Position numbers and translations under genes: made by a program. This document shows positions 12,701 to 26,442 of a stretch of DNA of 64,000 nucleotides, one piece after another; the first letter of the stretch is position 1, and the number at the start of each line of letters is the position of its first letter. This DNA comes from Trichinella spiralis. Its lineage: Eukaryota. The notes beneath the pieces are model-generated. The model saw only the letters and a list, made by a program, of their open reading frames with translations. It made no database searches and was not told the origin of the DNA. Where the stretch lies: the NCBI RefSeq assembly GCF_000181795.1, contig NW_003526941.1, forward strand, positions 3,188,178-3,252,177, in the 5' to 3' direction.

Positions 12701-14195
12701 CATTCATCTTCCAGTTCTGCAGTATTTGTCTCCTCAGACATTCCATCCACATCCGTATAAGAAACTGATGACTGATCAACATCGTTCTGATTTTCCATTT
12801 TCAACTCGTCGTCTACTTGCAGTGGTTCTAAAAAATAAGAAATCTATTCACTTCGTTTGCAGTTCAAATGAATAATAATAATAATACGCGATTGCTTTTT
12901 CATCTGCTCGGACATTTCCTTTTCCAAAGCTCGCATTGCTTCCATGTCCTTTTCCGAAGAAAAATTTTCCTGATTTTTTTGCGCATCTTGAAACAATATC
13001 TGAGGAAGCATCTCTTTCAGTTGCGGAAGTGATGTGTAGAAAAGGCGACTTTCTTCGTCTTCGAATGGCGATTCCGACTGAGACTCTTCTGAAGATTTCG
13101 ATACCACTGACTTTTGGATACTTTCTCCACTTTCTTCCAAAGTTGCTTCATCAGGCAAATGTGGCGTGTCAACATCCAACCAATTTGCCAGCGTGTTCAT
13201 CGACTGTATCAGTTTGTCCAAAGTCGATTTCAATTCTTCGAAATTTCGAACAGCGGCAGGATGCACTTCACCTTTGCTTTCCATTTGACGCATGTTCTTC
13301 TGTCGCATTTTCAACAACTCTCCATTCAATCCAGAAACGTGAACTATCAAAGCGTTGTAATAAGCTTTGACTTTCATCATTAACTTTTCCCGAAGTTCTT
13401 CACTAATCAAATCGCTGCAATGGTAGTCTATTTTTTTCTGCTGAGCGACTGTGCGAAAATTACGAGGCAACAGACCCAAAAGATCTTCACCGCACTGACG
13501 ACAAAATGAAACTAACGTTGAAAGAAATGTAAATTTCCGTTCCTTTTCCAAGCGAGTAATTATAGTCACAGCATCCAACAGAACAGGGGCTGCTTCTTTT
13601 TCAGTCAAAATACCGTGCAGGAGAAGTTCAACCAAAAAACGAAGATCGACGCGCAATTTGCTCATATTTGTCGCCACCTTACTGTCACTGCTTGAAAATG
13701 TCCGCTAAAATAATGAAAAACATTACTCTGTTTTGGAGAAAACAAACAATTAAATGATAAATTAAATTTATCGCTTACTTTAAAATAATCCAACAGAAAT
13801 CCAGAAAAGTCTGCATAGCGTTGATGGGCCAAAGAGCAAAGTTCAATTAATGGGATGATATCGCTATTTTTCAATTTCGCTTCGCACAAACTCGACACCA
13901 TTTCAGTTACGTATCGGCTCAAATTTAATGTACGAAAATCTCTGATGATGTTGGCACTTTGACTTTCAGTGAAAGTTTTCAGTCGCTTTACGAATGCTGT
14001 GTTCTTTTTCAAACTCGAATCCAACTTTCGCAAAAATGCTTCATCTGGTCGTATTTCTACGGCAGTCAAATTTGCCTGTCGAATTTCACGTTTCCGTCCC
14101 AGTCTATCAATACTCTGCTGAATACTCGACAGTATTTCGTCATCCGTTACCGGTTCAACTCCACTACCTAACGATTTCACTTCGACCGTACTCAT
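9701..14195 (-). CDS. UPF2: Regulator of nonsense transcripts 2 (UPF2/SMG-3), multi-exon
   Basis: LDSSLKKNTAFVKRLK, LNLSRYVTE, RLDLLPFYSRLIA, RYIGELVKF, HHNIEMAC, YMGELYNYKL and FRIRLAC mark the three MIF4G domains; an acidic tract and EKERMKRLTL follow. The inferred last exon 9701-9840 joins in phase (G|GTAAGT ... TTTCAG|AT) and contains TNADTFL, resembling the conserved PNADLIF. ATG at 14195. Confidence 0.95.
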
Positions 14196-15864
14196 GAAAT
14201 CGACTTCAATAAAATAATCATTCTTAAAATCCAATCCCCTAAAAATATGCCAAATTAACTGAAATGAAGCTATTTGTATCAATAATCATGCAATACCAAA
14301 AGTTATTAGCGAAACGTCAATAACAGAAATACAAAACAAGAAAAAATTTACAGATAAAAAAAATTATATAAACATTTACAAAATTAATCATTTAACTTCA
14401 AACTGAAATAAAAATATATAAATAAACTGAATTTACTTGTTTTTAAAGTTTCTTCGAAAATTAATTTGAAAAATAATTTTAATTTTGAAGATGGTTAGCA
14501 TAAACTAGTTCAATATTACTTTAGTGTCATAAATTACTCTAATGAGAACATGAAGAGCACATGCACAAGCAGCTCATAAGTTGTGCCATAAATTAAAAAA
14601 AAATATTGAATATAATCAGTACCTGTTTATAAATAATTCATTTATGAATGACTTTACAAAGTGCACAGCATATTAAGCCCGACTGCAGATACAAAAGAAC
14701 AAAATGAAAATTATCATGAGAAATAAAAAATATGTATATTATAAAAAGTTCAGCAATTCTTACAAAGAAAAAATAGTATGCAAGTAAGAATTACGTTAAA
14801 ATACATAATGAACACGATTTTCTATACCAATAAGAAAACAAACAAACGTACAAAAATAGCCTCCGTTGCATTCCACCAGTGATTTATGAATCATATCAAA
14901 TACATAATATTAACAGATAAAAAATGTAATATTACATCTGTCAATCAGAATATCACACATTTTCATTAATAAAATAAAATTTTTTATTGCTTCATAATGT
15001 GCATGCAAACGCAAAGAGAACCGAAAAGTAAAAAAAATCATAGCCTTAAAATTAAACATTTCATTAAACATGCAAAGCAATCAAGTAAAAATTTTCACAA
15101 ACAGTGAGTATTTTTTTTATGTACTGTACGGAATTACTTACAGATCAAAGCGAAAAAATTACACCGCTTCACTGCTAACACCAAGGATACACTTTAGATT
15201 GCATACTGTCAAGAAAAATTCACAGGTGCAAATGTTAAACCGTATGAGGAAATATTTTGCATTGTACTTTCAAGCAATGGAACAAATTAAATAAAATTTT
15301 CCTAGAATAAAATAATATTTAAAATTGAATGCGAAATTTTTACAATGTACAACGTTTTACATTACAATGTACTTTTATGACAATTAAAATTATTCTGATG
15401 TTTCATAATTTAATTATTTTTTTGTATTTCACAAAGCTTTAAATAAATATTGAAAAAATGAAATATCTATAATTTAATTCAATGTTAATGATATTTTAAT
15501 TTTTTATGAGAATATTTTTCTCTTTTAAAGTTGACATTACAGTAGACATGTATCTTGCATTTCATTAACCCATTAGTTTATAAATGTACATTAACCATGT
15601 GAATTTATAATTTGAATTAATAAATTACTGTTAAAGATTAATTTTTTTAATTAAGTTTCACTTTATTTAAACAAACTACTATTGTTATTTATTTGCATGA
15701 ATTTCGACACTATTCAAATTATGTTATTTGTTTGTGTTTAACGTTAATATTTTGCTTATTGTTTTTTTACATTTCCTTCTCTTTGTAATAATAATAATTA
15801 TTATATTTAAGAATAAAAATGATTATCAAACGTGTAGCATTATTTAGAGGGGCATCGATTCGTC

Positions 15865-17253
15865 ATGAAGTATGGTCAGTTTGTAATCGGTCCAGCTGGA
15901 AGCGGCAAAGTAAATAAGAATGATTTGTTGCTTTTTCACAGCTTTTTTGTTTAGTCAACTTATTGCCAAATTATGTATGAACATGGCTTGGCAAATGGCA
16001 GAAATTTTAAAGTAGTTAATTTGGATCCTGCTGCAGAAGCTTTCAAATATCCGTGCTATTTGAGTAATAATAATTATTATTTGTTTATTTTCAGAGAACT
16101 GTGGGCTTTGATGACGTCTTATTTTTTATGTTAATATTTTAATGTAACATTTTCAAACTTTCCAGTTGTTTTTATTTTATTTTATTTTATTAATACATGA
16201 GTTTCAAAGCTATAAGCGCCTTTTGAGAAGTTAATATAAAGCACTTTAGTTTTTTTTAACTTTTTAAGCTTAAAGACATTATATTATACTTAAAAGCTCT
16301 TGTGTAGATTCAAACAATTCAGAATAATAATATGCGAAGTGTCCATGAATTGTAAGATGATACCTGTTTCTTTTTATGCTTTTATGTGTAGTTGTGTTGA
16401 GTTTTCTATTTGAACGAACAAATTTAGATATAGCAGACTTGATTTCTATTGAAGATACATCTACAGATGCGGATTTGAATCTGGGTCCAAATGGCGGTCT
16501 AGTGTTTTGCATGGAATATCTGTCTGAGAATTTGGATTGGTTGACAGAAAATTTAGCATACGGAGAAGACGACTATTTTATTTTTGATTGTCCAGGTATT
16601 TTTTCAGCTTTATAGAAAATTATCTAATAATTGCAAAACCCTAGGGCAAATTGAGCTTTATACCCACGTACCAGTGATGCGGAAAGTAGTGAACGAATTG
16701 GCACGTTTGGATTTTCGCCTTTGTACCATCTTCGCGTTAGATACACAGTTTTTGCTTGACTCGCCAAAATTCATATCCGGCTCTTTGGTCGCATTATCTA
16801 CAATGCTCAGTTTGGAACTGCCTCACGTAAACGTGCTTACAAAAGTAGATTTGTTAGATAAAAAGCAGAAGAAAGAGCTAGAATCTATTTTGGAACCTGG
16901 AAGTGATATGCTTAGATCGTACGGGCCTCACTGTAGCCGATTTTCCAAAAAATATCGGAAATTGACTGATGCATTGATAAGCGTGGTTTGAATTTTTGGA
17001 ATAATTCTTATGTTTTGATAATTGAAATTCATAATTTAGATTGATGAATTCAGCTTGATCAGATACCAGCCACTGGACATAACTGATGAAGAATCTATTG
17101 CTGATCTATCAATCGTTATTGATAATTGTATACAGTTTGGAGAAGATGCCGAAGTGAATGATAATTTTCCTGAAGAAGTATAAATGGCTTCTTAAATTTA
17201 ATTGATGTATTGTTTATTTTCTGCTATTTTAGAGAGAAGCAGATTTTGGTTAA
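15865..17253 (+). CDS. GPN3: GPN-loop GTPase 3
   Basis: Spliced product [19 protein letters not shown]...VVNLDPAAE...[14 protein letters not shown]...[12 protein letters not shown]...[15 protein letters not shown]...IQFGEDAE. Stop is at 17253 if the last short intron is spliced, or at 17183 if not. Confidence 0.93.
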
Positions 17254-17822
17254 TGAAACAAGCTTTTAATAGCAAAGTTCTTTTTATAATTATTTCTGTT
17301 ATTAATGGAAATGTTATATAATTTTCATTGTGATTTCTTTTCTCATTTTGTATACATTTTGAAATTCAGTTCATAAAAATGTATTTTTACTTAAAGATTT
17401 ATTTTCATTTTCTAGATCATGAATGAATTTTTCTATGAATAGATATTTGTTCAATGCGACGTTTGTTAAGCACTGAATTCTAGAAGAATAAATTTTCCGT
17501 TGTTACGTAATGCTTTATAAGTTTAATTTACTTTTTTAATGTAATTATTGTATAAGAATTGGAATCGACATTGCACAGTGATTGATGAATTGTATTTATA
17601 GTTTAGATAAATTTGTTATTGGAAATTTTAAAACTGTATTATGTTGGTATGTTATATGAAAATTTGCGCTTGAAACCTGATATACGAAACAAATGTTATA
17701 ATTATTTTTAATAAATTTTAACTTTTGACAGGAAAACGGGTAAATTTGGATAAGAAGAGTCATTTTATTTTAGCTTTTTATTTTCATTACGGAATTGTTG
17801 ATTGTTTGACTAGATGAAATTT

Positions 17823-19124
17823 TCAACGATTGCGGCTCATGTGCAATCGACCTATTGATTCCAAATTTTGGCTGTTTTGCATAATACTTCTAAATCTTGA
17901 AACTTTGACATACGTTGCAGGTTGAGGATTTTTTGCTACTTCATCAGAAACATGCAACGTGTAGTCGTCAGCTGAATATTGTCCTGTAGCATGGATACCC
18001 ATTTGAGTCCATTCTTCGCCGATTTTACAAATCAGTGGTCCACCTTTTGCCTTAAAAAAGTTCATTCTGAATCTGAATCTGACTATTCTGATATTTATGT
18101 ATTACCAGATACATATCTTTTCTGAAATCCATGAAACACAGTTCAGTATGTTTTTCTACCATTAAAGTAACTTTTTTAGCTTGACATGTATTAGTATCAT
18201 ATAATGCTTCTATTAAATATTCTTCAAATGTTTTAGTAGCTTCTAAATCTGAAATAAAGCATGCTTTAATGTTATTTAAAACAAAACTTTTGTTTTTTGC
18301 ATAGATACATTTCAAAGCGGAAAATGCGCAAAGTGTTTTATCCGGTAATTCTTGATTAGAAAAAGGAAGGCAAACCGCTTTCTTTTCTCCATCGTATTCA
18401 ATGCCATCTTTGATTTGTATTATGGCTACGTTTGGAAGTAATGGATTTGGTGTATGTTTATCTATCGTGTACAATTCTATTTCGTAAAGATCTTCATCAT
18501 CTTCATTAGTAACTGGAAGCGTATCGCCAACATAAATGTAAAGCATTCCACTTCTGAAAAAGTTTGTTCTCACACTTTTTTACTCAAACAACTTATTTTC
18601 ATACTCAAATTTTTCTTTGTCAATGCAGTGATTCAAAGTCATTAAAACTGTACTTCCTTCATCACTAGCATCTGGAATTATGGACGCTAAACATATGGGA
18701 TGAAATTTTTTATCTGACTTTTTTTCAACTACATATGCAACCCATGGAAGTTTAACTTTATGATTTTTCAAATCGTTTGGAGAATTTACGTTCGTTGAAA
18801 GGTTAAATTCATATTTTCCACATTCTGTAGTAACTTCTAAATAGTTAAAGGGCGATTCCTAAATGTAATATAGAGAAAAGATGAAAAATAAAATCTTTTA
18901 TTTAAAAAATTACTAATCCAACTCCATCCAGTTCTTTGTGTTTTGAAGCAACTTTCATTTTTTGCTAAAATGTGTCAAATTTAAATTATTTTCATTAAAT
19001 TATTCAAAATTTTAAATCAGTTCCTTACTTTTAATTTAGACTTCAAATGGAGCCTCTTTGCAGTGACCAATAAAAACTGAAAAAGAAGCCATGTAATCAG
19101 CAAACGCTTGTAATTCAGGATCAT
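17823..19124 (-). CDS. Secreted trypsin-fold (peptidase S1) serine protease homologue, predicted catalytically inactive
   Basis: Signal peptide MILNYKRLLITWLLFQFLLVTA; S1 landmarks ECG, LPWVA, CLASII, TLNHC, AVCLP, ELC and GGPLICK..W..MGI; about 6 coding exons joined by GT-AG introns. Confidence 0.85.
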
Positions 19125-21140
19125 TTTCAGTGACTTTGAAAATGTACAAACTGATTTACCATACAGAAATTTCATTTATAATTCAAATGATTCGATGGCT
19201 CACCTGAATTTGCTGCTTACGCGTTGCATACCATGTAAACAAAAATTCTATTGATGAAATAATAATTCGTAATCACATAAGAAAATACTATTTGTACAGT
19301 TATTTGACGTCAATTTATTTTATGTGTAGGCAAAGGAATTACTAATTTATTCACTAAATCATAAGTATCAGTATTATATTTATTCATAGATGAAAACAAT
19401 TTTATTTAACTAAGTGGTGTATTAACATGACAAAATAATTATTATTTCTCATTTTGCTTTATCTTTGAATTATTTGTAATTCAACTTCACTTTGTATTTT
19501 ATTTTGCTAGTTATCTTTAATGTCATTAGCAATTATTATTTTAAAAATATCTATTATAAATTCATATAACTTTGCTTTTGTGTCATGCAATGCATTGCAA
19601 TATGTCGATTACTGTATTATACAATTTGTTAATGAATAAAGTTCGAAAACTTCATCAGATCATTCAACTTTAAAGATTAAAAAGGACTACTTATTATTGT
19701 TCTTTTCTTCCTTCCTTTCCATGTTTCACCAAAGTTTCCAAAGCTTTTTCTTGAAAATGTTATTCTAGTAAAGCTTATTTTTATTTTATTTCTATTATTC
19801 ATTTATTGGTATTCATCAATTAACCATCTGCTTCTTCGTGTAACTTGTTCAGTTTGGCAATCTCAACGAAACTTCATGAGCTGCAGAATTATTTCAAAAA
19901 TATTTAAAATTTTTAACTAAAATTTTCGAAGTAATATATTTCATGAACTTAAACATTTTTCAATGAATAGGCATTTTTTGAACGATAATAAGAGATACAG
20001 TTAATTTGACCATAATTTTCACTTTGAGTTACAGTAAATGCATCATTTATGGAGATTCATTTCTTATTATTCTTGTCCACTTAAGCATGATGATTGGAGT
20101 GACATTATTATTATTATTATGCTTTTTATGAGGAGGTTTTTGTGCATTGAAAATAACAATAACATCACTGTCACCTTGTTTAATAAAAAATATGTAAAAA
20201 TTCAGGGAAAAGATGTCGAACAAATTTATTTATAAATACAGTGTTTGATTTTATAAAATTTACGAATAGCACATGGTATTGCAGTATTTCCAGTCAAATT
20301 CAACAACATAATACATGGTACAATACCACAATGATTATATATTGATAGATTAAATTTCGAGCATTAGCGAATTTATTTGACATTTCAACTTTTATCTGGA
20401 AAATGATTGCAGAAAATTATTTTTCCTCAATATAGCGACATTACTACCTCAATATTTATAAAGATTTAAACAGATAATCACATATTTAAGAAACAATATT
20501 ACAAATCATAATCAGTTTTTTAGTTACAAAAGATTTAGAATGTAACGATGTAAAAATGAAAATTTTCAGGTATTAATAATACGCACTACATAATTGTAAC
20601 AAAAATTTAAATATTGCTAGAGGAACCAGTGCAGTGAAATAGTATAACATGTTGAACGATCATCGGAAATCATCGTTATTTAGTGCTAGAGTAATTTTTT
20701 AATACTAGAACATTGGAACATATTTTATATTTGTTTGCTTTGGATAAAGAATTTGTTAATATTCTAACGGATTTTATTAGTAAAGTTACTTGATAAAAGT
20801 TTCTTGTGTTGTCGAGTGAAAAAATCATGTATAAAAAAGAATAGATGACTTTGATTTTTTTGTATGTTTTCTATGGTAAAGCGTATTTTTATTTATCTGA
20901 TGTAAATGGATCGATTTTTAGTAGCTAACGTATGTTGATGGCAATTTTGCAGCAAATGCTCAGTTGATATTGATTTGTAATTTATCGATCAAAGCAGTAG
21001 TTACTGGTAGCTCCATATATAGGCTATATAATACGAATCAGACTAGATCAGTTCACAGTGCACAGTCCTACTGAAAATACAGCAGTTCGTTTATTACCGT
21101 TGTTAATGATTATGCTTTGAACAATAAGAAAACTTTGAAC

Positions 21141-21881
21141 ATGATGGGTGTGCTTCAACAACTGCTACAGTCTGGTTATTTTTACACTGCAAGGCGTATT
21201 TTAGCCGGAATAACCATTTTTTGTGAGCAGATGAAAATGCATCTGGTGTTTATTTTACACGTAGGTTTGTTTTAGTGCTATGGTCAGCTGCTATTACTTC
21301 ACTAGCAAGTATATTTGGCGTGGCTATTGGTGTATATATGATGTAAAATAGTATTGATTACATGTTTATAATTACTGAATGACAGTGATATTTTTTAGCC
21401 TGCTCGCCCCATTCGTAACTGCTTTAGAATTGGATTTTTTAATTAAGAAAATCCCAATTTGCCAGTAAGAAATTAAAACACATATTCATATTTATACATA
21501 CTGCATGCTTTTGTCGTATTTGGTTTGCACAAACAATGAAATAATCACTAGGGAAGGCAATGTTGGTGAGCGATTTGGCAAAATCCTATTCTCTTTGATT
21601 GGATTCAAAAGAGGCGTTGTTTATATCGTGACAGCTGTTCCTACTTTTATACCAGGTTTTACAGGAATTTTTCCTGCAATTGCCGGTGAATTAGTATATT
21701 AATTTGTTTGAAAAAGAAAATTTGCAGTTTAAAAATTAAACCTATTTCAGGAATGTTTCTGCTTGTCCTTGGTATCGCTTACGCAATGCAAAGATGGATT
21801 CCTGTTGATGAATTCGATCATGTGAACCCAGCAACAACAACTGGTGGAAGTGCGGCTCAGTATCCTACTGCGCATTATTAA
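21141..21881 (+). CDS. TMEM72/Flower-like small multi-pass membrane protein, about 150 aa, 5 exons (not in the ORF track as a whole)
   Basis: Five exons join in frame: MMGVLQQLLQSGYFYTARRILAGITIFLLWSAAITSLASIFGVAIGVYMILLAPFVTALELDFLIKKIPICQEGNVGERFGKILFSLIGFKRGVVYIVTAVPTFIPGFTGIFPAIAGMFLLVLGIAYAMQRW...PTAHY*. Pattern resembles TMEM72 as I recall it. Confidence 0.7.
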
Positions 21882-22409
21882 AAATTCAGTTCACATTTAC
21901 CTATTGCCGTAACTAGCATATTTTATATGAAATGATTTCGTTGCATTTTGTATTTTATTTTCAGTAGCATTTGAATATTATGGGCTATTTATTATGTTAA
22001 AAAATTTCTAATATCAAAAAAGGGAATTATATCAAATAATAGATGAATATATCCAAAAGTGATGCGCTATTTCCATCAATGGACAAGCGTGCAATTTGTT
22101 AATCTACCGTATGATCAATTTACTTGCCTATTAATAATGTCCGCTTTGCAATAAACTTTACAATTGCCTAATTTGTTAGTTTTTACTAAATTATTTATTA
22201 ATACTGGACAAAAATGCTATATGAAATTGTCATTACTGATTAATTAATCTTCAACTGTGTTGGAAATAATTTAGTTGCTTTGATTGGGAAGTATGCCATC
22301 ATGAGAAAAATCAACATTAAATAAGTTACTGTAGTAATGATTGTTATTTATTTATGCATATGTGTATTGTGCTTGAAACGTGCTGCAGTGTATTTGAAAT
22401 TATTAAAGA

Positions 22410-23499
22410 ATGGCAAATCTGAATGATAATTTGTATCTGCCTGACGTGCGAAAATTGCTTGGTTTTACATTTAATACGTATATTAATTATATTTTTCTGC
22501 ACGACATTTCATAATATTTAATGTTTTGATTTAGGTATCTTCAATGGTTAAAATTATGGGTGCACAAAGAAGTAAACATCATTTTTATTTCACTTAGAGA
22601 TTTTATGATTTAAATGGAATTATTTGTAATTAATACTGTTTTCTTTAAATGTTTGATTTGTTCGTTTCTTTGTAAGGCAATAATGAAGATTTTTAGATTG
22701 ACGATGATGCAATGTATGCTTTTGTGCACCAGGCGTTTCCATCCGAAAAGCGTAAATAAGTTTTTTTAGTTATTATTTGCTTCCAAAAATAGCTTAATAA
22801 TTAAATAAATGTAGGTAGTTTACATGATGACTTTTTCATCTCCTTAGTGAATGACGTTTGTAAAATTGACTTTGCACGAAATGTAAAAAGAAATTTCTGT
22901 CAAGAATTTGGAAAAAGTTTCTTAAAGAATAAAGTTGATAAAGTAATGTATATTTAATTTATTTATACTAAAATTACTTATGTGAAAGTATAATTGTTTC
23001 AGTCGTCAGAAGATTATATTCCAACGTTGAAAAGGGAGCAAAGCATACGGTTGCTTCGTTCATTGTGTGCAACTGATCTTTCCAAGTTAGCATTATTTCT
23101 TTTGGCTTTTTCGAAAGATATTGAAGTTATCCATGAAGATGCTTTTACGTGTCTTTTGGAAGGTTCAGAAGTAATTTTTGAGAATATAAATTTTTATGGT
23201 AACCATCAGTAGTTTTATGGTTTCAAAATTGTTCAGATTTTGATAAAGAATAGGATGGAAGATATTATCCAGGCGGCGAGAAGTAGAATGAGTGGGAGTG
23301 AAGAAGTTTGTCTCAAATGTGCTGTTGTAAAGCATCAGACGTGAGCTTAATAAATGTGATTTGTTTTGAATTTTATTTGTTTACATTTAAAATTTTCAGA
23401 TCACTTTGTGCAGAAACGAAAACAAAAGTCGAAGATAGCCAAAGCGAATCCATCAAATGCCGGGTTACACTTGAAGATGTTTTCCTCGCATTACAATAA
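22410..23499 (+). CDS. TADA1: Transcriptional adapter 1 (SAGA Ada1/Tada1), compact, about 220 aa, 7 exons
   Basis: Spliced YLQWLKLWVHKEIDDDAM...RSLHDDFFISL matches the TADA1 N-terminal block. LAFSKDIEVIHEDAFTCLLEGSEILIKNRMEDII and VTLEDVFLALQ match the histone-fold region. All junctions are in phase. Confidence 0.75.
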
Positions 23500-23762
23500 T
23501 TGGTTTTGTTTTAAACCTTTTTGACGCAGTGCAAATTTCATTTAAAAATGGCAAATACTGAAAAAACTGATATTAATAAAGCATAAGAAACTATTTGTCA
23601 ACTTTCAGTAATCATGTAAGATATTTAAGAAAACCACAATGACAATCTTAAAAAGAAACTACAAAAATTGAACCTTTGTTTTGTTTACTGTATTAAATAC
23701 ATCGTTTTGTTTAATTCGCGCATTGTTTGTCATTGTAATTTACGGTTTTTGAATAACCTTAC

Positions 23763-25072
<1,310 letters not shown>

Positions 25073-25696
25073 TGCTTGGTGTTATTCTGAGATATGCGTA
25101 CGTTGTCAAATTCATTCGTGTTGTGTACAACGACAAAAGTGAAGAAAAGTTGTATTTGAATTGTGGTATATTTTCCTTTTCCCCTTATAATAAAAAAAAT
25201 TGTTAAAAGTAAAATACATCATCATTTATTTGATCAAGTTGTTTCCATTTGTAGTTGTTATTTGATGAATTTTTGAAAAGAAATATATCAACGAATTAGA
25301 AATGTATTTCTGAAATGAGCTGACTGATAACAATTGAAAAATTGACAAGAGAGTATTACGCTATTGTTTCTGATTGTGCACCGTCGAAGAATAGAAAGTT
25401 GTGTTCTGGACGTACTGTAGAAGTGTGAGTATCTGTGTTGTTGTCATGCGTGTGAATGGGATATTTTTGCAAAATTGCATTCAACTTCTCCATTATGGCA
25501 ATAGTGGTAGTGGTGGTTGTAAAATTTTCTTTTTACAAATTGCTTATTTCGCATTGATTGAAGTTTGGAAGACCAGTTTTTCGAGAAACCTAATTTTCGT
25601 CGATTATTTAAACTTTGAATTTAAGGTGGAGCAATTTGTCCGACTGAAGTTTATAGCTTTTCTCTGAAAGGGAGTCAACGAAAGTGACAGTTGGAA

Positions 25697-26442
25697 ATGT
25701 TGCACGATTTGTTGTTATTTTCTGTTGCTTACTTTGTCGTTTGCAATATCAATTGTGCAGTAGTTGTTGGTGAGCCGATTGTCGGCGGACTGACGCCAGC
25801 CGACGACGACGATCCGAAAGTGCGTCAGATGATACAGTATGCCGTTCAGCAGTTGAACGAAAAATCCAAAGAACCATTTTTGAGGAAGTTGATTTCACTG
25901 AAAAACGCTGCAGTGCAAGTTGTTCAAGGGGCGTTGTATCATTTGAATATTTTGGTCGCTGAAACTGATTGCAAAAAAGGAGAAGTATGTGTGTATGGCG
26001 CGTTCTTATCCCGCACTGTGCTTTAGTATTTTTTTCACGTTCAATTTTATTTCTCATCTTGTAGAATGTTGAGAATGTGCAAAATTGCAAAACAACACCG
26101 GATGGTTTGAGTCAAGAGTGTTTCATCAAAATCTGGGAACGGGAATGGTTGAATTTTATCAAAGTGATGAAAACCAAATGCAAAGAAGCAAGCCTGCCGA
26201 CGGTGAATATCACCGACACTTCGAAACCGGCCGACGATCCGCAAGTTGGAGTCATTGCCACGCCGGAAAATAGCACCATACCAGCCGAAGAAATTATTAC
26301 AACAGTCGCTGTTGATCAAGAAGATGATCAACAATCATCAACAGCACTGATATCCTCGGATGCAGAAATTGCAGCTACACTTCTTACGATCACCACCATC
26401 GATGATTCACTAACAAACAAAACTGAACCTTCTGACATGTGA
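25697..26442 (+). CDS. Secreted type 2 cystatin with a C-terminal Thr/acidic extension, 2 exons (intron 25985-26065)
   Basis: Signal peptide, IVGG, QVVQG (QxVxG), four cysteines, KIWEREW second loop. Confidence 0.9.
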
